From NCBI GenBank assembly GCA_016933025.1, contig JAFGBT010000039.1:731-64730 (forward strand): a stretch of 64,000 bases of DNA. The letters are read 5' to 3'. Position 1 is the stretch's first letter, and each line of letters opens with the position of its first letter. Under the pieces are notes generated by a model that was not told where the DNA came from, made no database searches, and worked only from the letters and a program-made list of their open reading frames with translations. Position numbers and translations under genes: made by a program. This stretch comes from Spirochaetota bacterium (GTDB lineage: Bacteria; Spirochaetota; UBA4802; UBA5550). Below, piece after piece: positions 1 to 9,679 of the stretch.

Positions 1-335
1 GCCCGGAGTAGCATACTGGTCCGGGCCCAGGGTCAGCGCGACAATAGTCAGGTCCCACCGCTCCTTTGACAGGCAGGCCGGCTCACGTATTAGCGAGACT
101 GAACACCCTGAAAACGCGAGGGCAAGCGCGCATGCCGAACCTAACCACTTACTGTTCATTATGAATACCTCCATTATGATTGTGCCCTGCCAGGCCCGGA
201 ATCAGCGGTCGCGGAGAAGCCCGACAGAATATCCCGTTACTAGTATAACGAACGGCGGCGGGGAATTGGGGAAAAAATTGCAAAGTACCGCATAGACCAC
301 GCCCTCCGCCAAAGCGCGCAATGGGTAAAATGTAA

Positions 336-1958
336 TTGACAATGGAGCCTTTTACAACACGTTATAATATCCAATACGACGCGGAAGGGGACCGACCTAT
401 GACAGAGAATAACGAAAACGGGAACGGCGTAACGACCACGGCCGATAACAAACCAAAAAGAAACATGACATTCACCCTGACGAGCATCGCGGCGTTCACC
501 CTGATCCCCGTATCAATCGTGGCGGCAATTATCATAACCATACTGCTGCAGCCCTCATTTTACACGGGGATACTGAAGGACGGACGCTTTATCACCGCCT
601 TCATTCAGGCGAAGAGCTGGCAGAAAGAGCAAAATGTCAGTGATGAAATCGAGCGGGAACTCCACCTTGCCGAATTCACGAAGGAGTTCGAAAAAATCAG
701 GGCGCGCTATGAACGCTCGAAAGACGAATATCTGATAATTAGCCGCGACGCGGAGATCGGATTGCTCGAGAAACAGCGCAAGGAGCTCAAGGACCTCGAC
801 TGGGAACAGGTCCGGGAAACGTACACGGATAAAAAGGATTTCGAACAGAACCGCGACAGCGAGCTCGCCAGAGTTAAAAACGCGCTCGGAGCAATCAAAG
901 AGTACCGCGAGTTGAACCGCGACCGGATTAAGTCGGCGGAAGAACAAATGAACGATGCCCGGGACGAGTTCGAGGACGCCCTCGCGACGCTCGAGGACAA
1001 GAAAAAGGAGGCGGAAAAAATATCCAGGAAGCACCGGGACACGGTTTCGGGAAAACTCTACGCCGACCTGGAAAAAATTGAAGGCCCCCTTTCAAAAGTA
1101 CTGAACGAGAGACTCATAGACGGAGCCGTCCGTTCCGAAATCGAGAAGGTGATCCGTTTTTTTACCGGCTACGACAGGCAGATCGAGCAGAGGAACGTGT
1201 ATTACGAGCTGGTTATGGACGAAGGTCTACTCGGCAGGCGCGCCCTCAGGGTCCGTCTTCCTGAAATTGGAATAAACCTGTGGGTCGACGACGAAACGGG
1301 CGGCCTGCGGGTAAAAAAGCATGTACTGAGCCAGCTCCTTGTCGAAGAGCTTCAAAATATCAACGCCCTCCAGAACCACGCTCTTCTCATGACCATCTTC
1401 AAGATGTCCGATTCCAGGCTGGGCGAACACTTCGGCGGCAGGTATCTCGGCAAGCTGGGACTGACTATAAACAACGGCGTCATCCGATGGCCGGGCCTCG
1501 TTCTTAAAGATAGAGATGCCGAAATTGCCTCGGCCGTGATGCAGGCCCTGTCCTGGGGCCAGTATGCGATATACGGCGTGGCGGGTCTTGCCGTGCTATT
1601 CCTGGTTTACCTCTTCTTTTCCACGGCAGAACGGAGGCGCAAACTCGTCATGATGAAACGGCTCCTTCTCTATCCGTCAATACTTTTCCTGATACTGTGC
1701 GGGGCACTCCTCTGGGCCTCCAGGAATATTTTCAATTACTACCCCGATTTCATTGCGGATCTTTCAGTGAGAAGCTACGTGAAGTATCTGAGCTTTACCG
1801 CCGCATGGCATTTTTCGGTGCCGATACTCGCGGTATTCGGCGCTCTGCTGGCAGGCGGACTTGCAATCAGGAAATATCTCGCCTGGAAGGACTCGAAAAA
1901 CACCGGGCGGGTGCTCGACGCGGCTCCGGGGGAATCGCCGGCGGCACCGCACGCATAG
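336..1958 (+). CDS. Hypothetical membrane protein. One N-terminal TM helix, a long central E/K/R-rich coiled-coil segment, and a C-terminal cluster of TM helices.
   Basis: A 540-aa ORF. Hydrophobic segments at ~aa 50-70 and ~400-520. The central region is dominated by charged heptad-like repeats. I recognise no catalytic motif. Confidence 0.45.
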   Translation: MTMEPFTTRYNIQYDAEGDRPMTENNENGNGVTTTADNKPKRNMTFTLTSIAAFTLIPVSIVAAIIITILLQPSFYTGILKDGRFITAFIQAKSWQKEQNVSDEIERELHLAEFTKEFEKIRARYERSKDEYLIISRDAEIGLLEKQRKELKDLDWEQVRETYTDKKDFEQNRDSELARVKNALGAIKEYRELNRDRIKSAEEQMNDARDEFEDALATLEDKKKEAEKISRKHRDTVSGKLYADLEKIEGPLSKVLNERLIDGAVRSEIEKVIRFFTGYDRQIEQRNVYYELVMDEGLLGRRALRVRLPEIGINLWVDDETGGLRVKKHVLSQLLVEELQNINALQNHALLMTIFKMSDSRLGEHFGGRYLGKLGLTINNGVIRWPGLVLKDRDAEIASAVMQALSWGQYAIYGVAGLAVLFLVYLFFSTAERRRKLVMMKRLLLYPSILFLILCGALLWASRNIFNYYPDFIADLSVRSYVKYLSFTAAWHFSVPILAVFGALLAGGLAIRKYLAWKDSKNTGRVLDAAPGESPAAPHA

Positions 1959-2042
1959 ACGAGAACGACGCACACCCGGCCACCCGGGGGGACGCACCTC
2001 ACCGGAGCTCACGCAGCCGTACATACACGGCAGTGCTCCCGG

Positions 2043-2414
2043 TTATTCCGTTTCGGGATTATACTTTTTTAAGATTCTCGGGCAGAAGAGATAGTCAACT
2101 TCCTTACGGCTGGCGGCATGCGGCTCCGACAGGCTCCCATCGGCCTTGATCCTTCTTGTCTCAACAATGCAGCCGTCGCCGCCTCCGCATGACACCTTCA
2201 GCGTCTGGTCCTTGGTGGCGATTGTCAGCACCCCGCCTGCTACCTTGACAGTCGGATTTTTACTCTGAAGGAGCGTGGTGGCGATAAGGTTGGCCCGCGA
2301 TTTCGCCTCCGTCAGACATTCAAGGCACCGACTCTTCTCTGAAAACTTGAAGGTGTCACAGCCAAAAAAAACAAATCCGGCTGCGAACAGAATAATAAAT
2401 GCGGTTTTTCTCAT
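2043..2414 (-). CDS. Small lipoprotein of unknown function.
   Basis: The N-terminus MRKTAFIILFAAGFVFFGC is a signal peptide with a lipobox Cys. The 123-aa ORF contains several Cys residues. Confidence 0.45.
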   Translation of the reverse strand: MRKTAFIILFAAGFVFFGCDTFKFSEKSRCLECLTEAKSRANLIATTLLQSKNPTVKVAGGVLTIATKDQTLKVSCGGGDGCIVETRRIKADGSLSEPHAASRKEVDYLFCPRILKKYNPETE

Positions 2415-2559
2415 GGGTCATCTCCTTTTGATAATGATTAAATAACAGCGGTGAATAATCCGTCCGGCGGTCGAGGGCATATCACGCCGGCACGATACAG
2501 CATATCAGGACTCGGCTTCACGTCAACAGGATTAACGTGTAAAAATGAATTTTTCGGTA

Positions 2560-3504
2560 TCAGGAATCGAGGAGCGCGTCCTTCTCTTGCCAGAGGTCAT
2601 TCAGCCATAGCTGGAATTCGGCCTGGAATTTTTTGTCCTCGACATAGTCGCCAAGCAGGTCCGGGGTGACCGGAATTTTTTCCACCAAGACCCGTATCTC
2701 CTTGATCCTGCCGCAGAGGAAGCTCCAGAAGCTCGTATCCCCGCCCGGATATATGATGGTCACGTTCAGTATGCTGCTCAATTGCTCTCCCATGGTGGAC
2801 AGCACGAAACCTATCCCGCCCGCTTTCGGCTTCAGCAGATGCCTGAAGGGGGAATTCTGCCTGTCGTGTTTCTCTTTTGTAAAGCGCGTGCCCTCGACAA
2901 AGTTCATGATGGATACCGGCAAGGTTTTAAATTTCCTGCACGCATTACGGGTAATCTCAATGTCCTTGCCCTTGAGATGAGGATTCTTTTCTATAAACGA
3001 CGGCGAATATCTTTTCATGAAAGGATAGTCCAGCGCCCACCAGGCGATCCCGAGTATCGGGACCCAGATCAGCTCTTTTTTAAGGAAGAATTTCAGGAAC
3101 GGTATCTTTCTGTTAAATACCTTCTGCAGCACAACAATATCGACCCATGTCTGGTGATTTGATATTACAAGATACCATTTCATTAAAGAAAGGCCTTCAA
3201 GGCCCTGTATATCCCATTTGATCCTCTGTGACCACCAGAGATTGAAATTGTTTATCGTAATCCAGGAAACAGCGATCCCATTCAACAGCAACCCGCATAG
3301 TTTTCTCCAGCCGCCGACAGGTATCAGAAGCTTTAAAAACGCGATTGGGATCAAGGGTATAAACCAGAATACTGTATTCGTATAGAGCAACAGCATGGAC
3401 AGTATTCCTCGGAGGTTGTACAAGAGGGTCAGGTAAGCCGGTTCTTTTTTTTCTGTGCGGACAGTATTCCGCTCTGTTTTGTCAATTGATACATTCATAA
3501 TCAA
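2560..3504 (-). CDS. Membrane-bound acyltransferase, PlsC/LPLAT superfamily, YihG-like.
   Basis: HX4D acyltransferase motif (NHQTWVDIVV). An FVEGTR motif follows downstream. There is an N-terminal TM segment. Total length is 314 aa. Confidence 0.7.
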   Translation of the reverse strand: MIMNVSIDKTERNTVRTEKKEPAYLTLLYNLRGILSMLLLYTNTVFWFIPLIPIAFLKLLIPVGGWRKLCGLLLNGIAVSWITINNFNLWWSQRIKWDIQGLEGLSLMKWYLVISNHQTWVDIVVLQKVFNRKIPFLKFFLKKELIWVPILGIAWWALDYPFMKRYSPSFIEKNPHLKGKDIEITRNACRKFKTLPVSIMNFVEGTRFTKEKHDRQNSPFRHLLKPKAGGIGFVLSTMGEQLSSILNVTIIYPGGDTSFWSFLCGRIKEIRVLVEKIPVTPDLLGDYVEDKKFQAEFQLWLNDLWQEKDALLDS

Positions 3505-3712
3505 GAATTATCTCCTGGACTTTATAAGCGGCGTAACAGTTATCGAGCGTGGCAAATCCAGCGGGATTATGTTACTAAAAAACGGGACAGATGAATATCA
3601 ATATACGGTGCAAAAAAAACGCATTGTTAATGAAAAACATTGCCCCATGCAGCTTATTACCTTCATCGCTTAAGGGGCATAATTGTGCCATCACAATATA
3701 TTATGCCTGATT

Positions 3713-3750
3713 AAAAAAGGGGCTGCCCCGCGAGGGGGGGCCCCTTTTTG
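3713..3750. terminator. Bidirectional intrinsic terminator candidate: a GC hairpin flanked by an A-run and a T-run.
   Basis: The sequence is AAAAAAGGGGC-loop-GCCCCTTTTT. The loop itself is GC-rich. It lies immediately downstream of the minus-strand gene that ends at 3774. Confidence 0.5.
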
Positions 3751-3773
3751 CTTTCAGTTATGAGGGATATCCC

Positions 3774-4340
3774 CTATTTACCACCGCCGAGCAGGCTTTT
3801 CTTCAGCGATTCCTGGACAGGATTAGGACCAAGCCAGATGGCATAGAGCGCCTTTTTCAGGTCAAGACCAGCTATGGTGCCCAAATTCTCGGTTTTGCCC
3901 GTTTCTTTATATGTCATTTGCGTGATGAGACCCGCAGGGGTATACTTCATGATAACGATATCGCCCTTGCTGAACTTCACATTGTCAAACTGCTTCAAAA
4001 AAGAGCTTGTTTTTGCTGAAGCGTAGCCTGCTTTCGCGGACTTCCCGAAACCATCTGTGGTGGCCTCGACAAACCGTTTGCGGGTGATGAGCCTGCTGTC
4101 GATCACCAGCACCATGGACATCGGTTCATTGGCTTCAATTATTTTCTTTCCGTCCGCCCCCTTTAATTTTGCCGGGACCCAGAGAGTCAGTTTATACATA
4201 GAGCCGAGAATCGCCTTGGTCCTGATTCCGCTGCCGTTTATCACCATCTCCTTACCGGCAAGCTTGAAAGCAAATCCATCAAACGATGCAAATGCAAGCA
4301 ACAGCGCCGCGGTGCCAAGAAACAAACATAGTTTTTTCAC
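3774..4340 (-). CDS. Secreted chalcone-isomerase-like (CHI-like) family protein.
   Basis: Signal peptide MKKLCLFLGTAALLLAFA. The GSGIRTK...YKLTLWVP motif pattern is typical of bacterial CHI-like domain proteins. Length 188 aa. Confidence 0.5.
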   Translation of the reverse strand: MKKLCLFLGTAALLLAFASFDGFAFKLAGKEMVINGSGIRTKAILGSMYKLTLWVPAKLKGADGKKIIEANEPMSMVLVIDSRLITRKRFVEATTDGFGKSAKAGYASAKTSSFLKQFDNVKFSKGDIVIMKYTPAGLITQMTYKETGKTENLGTIAGLDLKKALYAIWLGPNPVQESLKKSLLGGGK

Positions 4341-4630
4341 GCGTGCATTCCTCCTTTTATATCGTATTTTCCCTGATGATTATCCGTCTTTCTTACCATA
4401 ATAATAAACATAGAATTCCGGCATTTGTCAATAGAATATTTCAATAACCATGACAAATAACGCCCCTGATGAAAGCACGAATCATTAACTACGTCCCGAC
4501 GCGGGACAGTAATGTTCTTGACAGCGGCCATTTTTATTACTACTGTCATGAGGGCCTGATTGAAATTAACTGAATCTCAGGTGAATGTTCCGGCGCGACC
4601 CGGAATCCCGGCCCGTTATGGAGGCGCGTC

Positions 4631-6022
4631 ATGAAAAACCCCCTGCTTGTCCCCGAATTCCGCGAGATGATCGACTCGGGCGATCTGGAACAGGTGAAGG
4701 ATTTCTGCATGACGACCCCGCCGGCGGTCGTTGCCGACTTCCTCGGGGCGCTGACCCCCGAGGAAAACAAAAAGATACTTTCGACCCTCAGCCGCGATCG
4801 CCGCTCAAGGATATTCAGCTACTATGACGACGACGTAAAGCTTTCGATCATCCAGCTGTTCGATGACGGGGAACTGGTCGACCTTATCGCGCGGATGCAC
4901 GACGAGGAACAGCTGCATTTCCTCACGCTCTTCCCCGCCGCGAAGCAGAAGGAGATGCGGGATCTTGCCGCGCGCTCCAGGGGGAAGGAGGCGGCCGAAC
5001 TGGTCGCCGCCATCGACCAGCTGATCAAGCATGAAATGCCTGCCGGGGAGGCGATGACCCCCGATGAGATCGCCGCCGAAATCCAGCCCCTCATCAACGT
5101 GTACGGGCTTGCCAAAGGGGCGATCCGTAAAATCGGCAGGATCGAAAAGGACTGCTGGATAAACATCGTCAACCCGACCAGGGACGACCTTCCCCTGCTC
5201 GCCAGTTACTTTAAGATTCCGCTCGATTTTCTCACCGCCTCTCTCGACATAGATGAAACGGCCCGTATCGAAACGGAAGATAACGCGACCCTGATCATCA
5301 TAAAGATTCCATACTTCGACGAGCAAAACCCCGACCTGCCGTACGTCACCCTGCCGATCGGCATCATACGGACCGGCGGTCTTCTTATAACCGTGTGCCA
5401 GAAGGACGAGATGATCCTTCGCGACTTCATCGAGGGGCGGATCAAAAACATAACCACCATCAACGGCGTCAAGTTCATCCTCCAGATAATCATGAAATCG
5501 CTGATGCTTTACCTGCAGTACCTGAAACAGATCAACAACGCCGCCAACATGATACAGAAAAAACTCGAGCAGGAATCGAAGAACAAGCAGCTCATCAAAC
5601 TCATGAACCTCGAAAAATGCCTGGTCTATTTCACCACGTCGCTGAGGACGAGCGAACTCATGCTGGAACGTCTGCAAAAGCACAATATCGTAATACTCAA
5701 AGGAGAGATCGAGGACCTGTACGAAGACATTGTGATCGAGATCAGGCAGGCTCTCGAGATGGCGAACGTATACAGCGACATTCTGAGCGGCATGATGGAC
5801 GCCTTTGCGTCGATCATTTCGAACAATCTGAATATCACGATAAAATTCCTGACATCCATGACAATTATACTTATCATTCCAGGGACCATCGGGACATTTT
5901 ACGGAATGAACGTCAAGCTGCCTCTTCAAGGGCATCCGCAGGGATTCCTGTTCATTATACTAATAAGCATCGTACTGTCAATAGCCGCGGTCCTCGTCTT
6001 TATCAGGAAGCGGTGGCTGTAG
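4631..6022 (+). CDS. corA: CorA-family divalent cation (Mg2+/Co2+) transporter carrying an N-terminal MgtE-N-like domain.
   Basis: The C-terminus has two TM helices and the signature YGMN (GMN) motif, in FYGMNVKLP. The first ~100 aa resemble the MgtE N-terminal helical domain (DLEQVKDF...VVADFLGALTPEE). A GGAGG ribosome-binding site sits 7 nt upstream of the ATG. Confidence 0.65.
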   Translation: MKNPLLVPEFREMIDSGDLEQVKDFCMTTPPAVVADFLGALTPEENKKILSTLSRDRRSRIFSYYDDDVKLSIIQLFDDGELVDLIARMHDEEQLHFLTLFPAAKQKEMRDLAARSRGKEAAELVAAIDQLIKHEMPAGEAMTPDEIAAEIQPLINVYGLAKGAIRKIGRIEKDCWINIVNPTRDDLPLLASYFKIPLDFLTASLDIDETARIETEDNATLIIIKIPYFDEQNPDLPYVTLPIGIIRTGGLLITVCQKDEMILRDFIEGRIKNITTINGVKFILQIIMKSLMLYLQYLKQINNAANMIQKKLEQESKNKQLIKLMNLEKCLVYFTTSLRTSELMLERLQKHNIVILKGEIEDLYEDIVIEIRQALEMANVYSDILSGMMDAFASIISNNLNITIKFLTSMTIILIIPGTIGTFYGMNVKLPLQGHPQGFLFIILISIVLSIAAVLVFIRKRWL

Positions 6023-6079
6023 CGGAGCGCCCGGAAACGGAAGTCTCCGGAGATAACTATCACACATGGTATATTCAGA

Positions 6080-7069
6080 ATGAAAATTCTCGATATCATC
6101 ACGAGGGGGTTCCCCGTATGGGTACTGGCCGCGAGCATCGTCTCTCTGGCGTATCCCCCCTCGTTCACCTGGTTCTCGGGCCGCATGATCACCGTCGGTC
6201 TCGGCATGATCATGCTCGGCATGGGGATTACCCTCACCGTCGAAGATTTCAGGCGGGTCATACGCTTCCCGGGCCGCGTCATCGTCGGCGTCGCCTTCCA
6301 GTACGGGGTGATGCCGGCGCTCGGCTGGACCCTCGCCGCCCTCTACGACCTGCCCGTTCCACTGGCGGTCGGGCTGATCCTGGTGGCCTCCTGTCCCGGC
6401 GGCACCGCCTCGAACGTCATATCCTTCCTGGCCAAGGCCGACGTTCCCCTGTCCGTGACCATGACGAGCGTGTCGACCATGATCGCGATCGGCGCCACTC
6501 CGCTTCTTACATCGATTTATGCCGGGAGCAGGATTGACGTTCCGGCCATGGGGCTTTTTCTTTCGACGGTACAGGTGATCCTGCTGCCGGTGACGGCGGG
6601 CGTCATCATGAACAGGTACCTGCCGCGCGTCACCAGGAAGGTCCTTCCGGTCATGCCGCTGGTGGCGGTCATATTCATCACGCTCATCGTGGCCTCAATT
6701 ATCGGCGCGGGGAGGGATGAAATCCTGAGGTCCGGCTGGCGGCTCATCGCCGCGGTATTCTCGCTTCACGCGGGAGGATTTTTCTTCGGTTACACGGCCG
6801 CATTTCTCATCACGCGCGATGTCATCGCCGCACGAACCATTTCAATCGAGGTGGGGATGCAGAACTCCGGACTCGGCGTCGTTCTCGCGCGGAGCAATTT
6901 TTCCAACCCGGTCACCGCGATACCGAGCGCCATATCGAGCCTTTTTCACTCGCTTATCGCAAGCGTTCTCGCCGCATGGTGGAAGCGCTCTGCGGACAGG
7001 CACAGGGCGGACGCGGCAGAAACGCCACTCTCGGATCACAGCCCGGGTCGGGAAGGAGATATGGCCTGA
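6080..7069 (+). CDS. Bile acid:sodium symporter (BASS/SBF) family transporter.
   Basis: About 9-10 TM helices. Characteristic BASS motifs are present (GLILVASCPGGTASNV, IEVGMQNSGLGVVLA). Confidence 0.7.
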   Translation: MKILDIITRGFPVWVLAASIVSLAYPPSFTWFSGRMITVGLGMIMLGMGITLTVEDFRRVIRFPGRVIVGVAFQYGVMPALGWTLAALYDLPVPLAVGLILVASCPGGTASNVISFLAKADVPLSVTMTSVSTMIAIGATPLLTSIYAGSRIDVPAMGLFLSTVQVILLPVTAGVIMNRYLPRVTRKVLPVMPLVAVIFITLIVASIIGAGRDEILRSGWRLIAAVFSLHAGGFFFGYTAAFLITRDVIAARTISIEVGMQNSGLGVVLARSNFSNPVTAIPSAISSLFHSLIASVLAAWWKRSADRHRADAAETPLSDHSPGREGDMA

Positions 7070-7109
7070 AATGCCGAGGCGAATAGAATAACATGACAGG
7101 ATAAAGAGC

Positions 7110-8444
7110 CTATGCTGGCGCTGATTCCATGGCCGCTTTTTCACGCTTTTTCTTCTTGTAATCCCGGATCCGGTAACCCACGACCATGTTAAGATAGAGC
7201 TTGATGAGCGATCTGTCCTTGAAGACCCATCTCATCAGCATCCGTATGATATTCAAGACATTGAAGAACTCATCCAATATTTCCTTGCGCGCCGCGATGG
7301 CCTCTTCCCGCGTGAAATGCTTGAACTGTATTGACGGCACGTCTTTCCGCACCTCGTCCCAGTTTCGGCTTGCCCTCCCTTCTTTTTCAAGGCCGTCAAA
7401 AAACGGCGTACCCGGCCAGGCTGTCGTGAAAAACACCCTGGGGAAATCCGCTTTCGATTTTTTCAACGCCTTGATCAATTTTTGCGGGTAATCCTTGTCG
7501 TGGGAATCGAGCCCGATGATAGTCGACGCTATAACGGCGATATTGTTGTCGTGAAGTTTGCGCACGATTTCCCCGTAATCGAGCCCTATGTTATGGTTTT
7601 TCCTGACGAGCTTCAGGCTTTCTTCATCAATGGCCTCGAATCCCACGAACACGGCCCTGCACCCGGCACGATACATCAATTTCATTAATTCAGGATCGGA
7701 CGCGATGGTGGTGGTGGTCTGGCATCCCCACACGAACTTGTAGTTCTTCCGAATCATCTTTTCAAGCAGCGCCTTCCTGTCGTTCCTTTCCTCCTCCGAA
7801 TAACCTATGAAATTTTCGTCAACCAGTATCACGGCATAGCTGTCCTTCACGGCGTCGAAATCCTCGATGACCGTGTCATGGGGAATGGTCCGGTACTTTC
7901 TCTGCTTGAACACCGTGAGATAGCAGAACGAGCAGCTGAACGGGCAGCCGCGCGACGTGAGCACCGAAGGGAACTGGTAATTGGGATGACACATGTCGCG
8001 CCGCGGAATCCCCAGGTCATCCAGCGGCACGTCCATCGGGCCGAAATACGTCTGCTTGATCTTTCCTTTTTCGAAGTCTCCGAGAAAACTCTTCCAGGGC
8101 CCCTCGCCTTCGCCGACGCAGACACTGGTATAATGCTCGAGCGCTTCTTCCGGCAGGGCCGTTACGTGCGCGCCGCCGATTATAGTTGTTATTCCCCTCT
8201 TCTTCAGGCGGTCGCCGAGATGGTACGCCCGGGTAATCTCCGGTGTTATGGCCGCAACGGCCACGAGGTCGGCCTCCACGGCGTCCGGATCGAACACATC
8301 ACCGCCGTATTCGTCATAAAGGGTAAGCGAATAATTATCAGGCGTATGCCGCGCGAGGTAGCCGAGGGCAAGGGGATTATACAGCATGATCTCGCCCATA
8401 TGGACATTTTCCCTTGAAGGATATACCATTGCCACTTTTATCAT
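7110..8444 (-). CDS. B12-binding-domain radical SAM protein (class B radical SAM).
   Basis: The N-terminus is a cobalamin-binding Rossmann-like region. The radical SAM cluster motif CPFSCSFC (CxxxCxxC) is at ~aa 165. Length 444 aa. Confidence 0.75.
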   Translation of the reverse strand: MIKVAMVYPSRENVHMGEIMLYNPLALGYLARHTPDNYSLTLYDEYGGDVFDPDAVEADLVAVAAITPEITRAYHLGDRLKKRGITTIIGGAHVTALPEEALEHYTSVCVGEGEGPWKSFLGDFEKGKIKQTYFGPMDVPLDDLGIPRRDMCHPNYQFPSVLTSRGCPFSCSFCYLTVFKQRKYRTIPHDTVIEDFDAVKDSYAVILVDENFIGYSEEERNDRKALLEKMIRKNYKFVWGCQTTTTIASDPELMKLMYRAGCRAVFVGFEAIDEESLKLVRKNHNIGLDYGEIVRKLHDNNIAVIASTIIGLDSHDKDYPQKLIKALKKSKADFPRVFFTTAWPGTPFFDGLEKEGRASRNWDEVRKDVPSIQFKHFTREEAIAARKEILDEFFNVLNIIRMLMRWVFKDRSLIKLYLNMVVGYRIRDYKKKKREKAAMESAPA

Positions 8445-8631
8445 TATTATCTCCTGTCGAATTATCGGATTATGTTGCTCAGTCTGATAGCGAGGTATCT
8501 CTGCTCTCTAACAGCTGAAAAAAACGGATTGGCGAGATTTATATCACAATTAGATTTATGTCAATATAATTACGTGAGTCAGCTAATTATACGAATATTT
8601 ATTTCAATGTAGATGAGGTGCGAAAACTAAT

Positions 8632-8870
8632 ATGCGTAAAAAAGATAAAGAAATAACGGATTTCAGCAAAATCGAAAAAATAATCCGCACAGCTGCCATA
8701 TACCGCCTTGGCATGAGCGATGACGGTATGCCGTATATCGTTCCGCTCAATTTCTGATACAGAGAGAGGAATCTTTATTTCCATACAGGCCGGCGGGGGA
8801 AAAAATCGACATCCTGGCGGGGAATAATTTCGATAATAATTTCGCCGGCATGAGCCGAATCAAATAGTAG
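8632..8870 (+). pseudogene. Frameshifted and truncated remnant of a PNPOx-like (pyridoxamine 5'-phosphate oxidase / NimA-family) flavin-binding protein.
   Basis: An ATG at 8632 opens a 42-codon frame, MRKKDKEITDFSKIEKIIRTAAIYRLGMSDDGMPYIVPLNF, then hits a TGA. That peptide matches the N-terminal signature of the PNPOx family. The +1 frame continues with ...SLFPYRPAGEKIDILAGNNFDNNFAG, which looks like the next conserved block. The remnant sits in a 450-bp AT-rich intergenic island. Confidence 0.4.
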
Positions 8871-8896
8871 AGATAAACTATCGGTAGGGCAACACA

Positions 8897-9211
8897 ATGA
8901 AAAAAAGCATCGTCGCCGCCGGGATGGCCGCGATTCTCCTCGGCATATTACTGATGCCGCGAAACGACGCCGGTTTCCATGCCGGGGAACCGGCTTTTGC
9001 CGCCTGTTCGGCCGTTGAAATCATGAACAACTGCTGCTTCAAGTTCCGCAAGTGCCTTGACGACGATTCCCTGGACGTCTCTCCGGAGGCCCGCGAGCAG
9101 AGGGCCGTCGGCGAATTCAGGCGCTGCCTTCGCTCCGATCTCGGATGTTCTGCGGAAATGACCGAGATGAAGTCGAAGGACGCACGGCAGATACGCGCGA
9201 TCTGCCGGTAG
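8897..9211 (+). CDS. Small secreted Cys-rich protein (hypothetical).
   Basis: Signal peptide MKKSIVAAGMAAILLGILLMP. The mature region is ~80 aa and contains eight Cys, including a CC pair. Confidence 0.4.
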   Translation: MKKSIVAAGMAAILLGILLMPRNDAGFHAGEPAFAACSAVEIMNNCCFKFRKCLDDDSLDVSPEAREQRAVGEFRRCLRSDLGCSAEMTEMKSKDARQIRAICR

Positions 9212-9419
9212 GCGCAGCCCGGGCAACGACGACCGGCCGCACAGCCGCACCCCAAAGCCCGAACACACAGGGAAACCAAAAAAGAGCGGTTTGGCCATAT
9301 ACCGGCCCGTGATCACAGCGATGATGAACGGTTTTAACCGGGGACAAATAAAAATACAACTGTATTGACAAAAAATATCGGCCGTATATCATTAACCTAA
9401 TTTTTCGCGAGGTAGTGTT

Positions 9420-9638
9420 ATGTTTGAAAAAATCAAGCTTATCATGACCCTGGTTTTCACACTCTGTTTTCTGTCATACAGTGTCCTGATCGGGAAATAC
9501 TATGAGAGGATCTCACTAAGCCGCTCAACATGGGTCGTTGTCTGCGTCGTGATTACCGTCGCCGTTGCCGTGGTATTCATTATCGACCTGTTCTTTACAA
9601 AACACCCGACCGATCAAACGAGCAGTAACAGGAAATAG
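9420..9638 (+). CDS. Small membrane protein (hypothetical).
   Basis: A 72-aa ORF with two predicted TM helices. The call rests only on hydrophobicity and the open frame. Confidence 0.3.
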   Translation: MFEKIKLIMTLVFTLCFLSYSVLIGKYYERISLSRSTWVVVCVVITVAVAVVFIIDLFFTKHPTDQTSSNRK

Positions 9639-9679
9639 GCCGGGATATAACGTATCCGCCGACCTCCATCGTAAACAGC

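Noticed and set aside
1-335. The first 335 bp have no ORF of 60 aa or more. I looked for tRNA or ncRNA hallmarks there.
   Set aside because: I found no T-loop (GTTCRANYC) or other recognisable RNA-gene signature. It is probably an intergenic or promoter region for the first gene, and I cannot exclude a small RNA.
4805-5935. A 376-aa antisense ORF opposite the CorA-like gene.
   Set aside because: It lies entirely inside a gene with a clear domain architecture on the other strand. Its composition is antisense-like with no motifs.
5395-6537. A 380-aa ORF rich in R/H/D, overlapping the CorA and BASS genes in another frame.
   Set aside because: Low-complexity, Arg-rich translation typical of an off-frame read through GC-rich coding DNA. 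It overlaps two well-supported genes.
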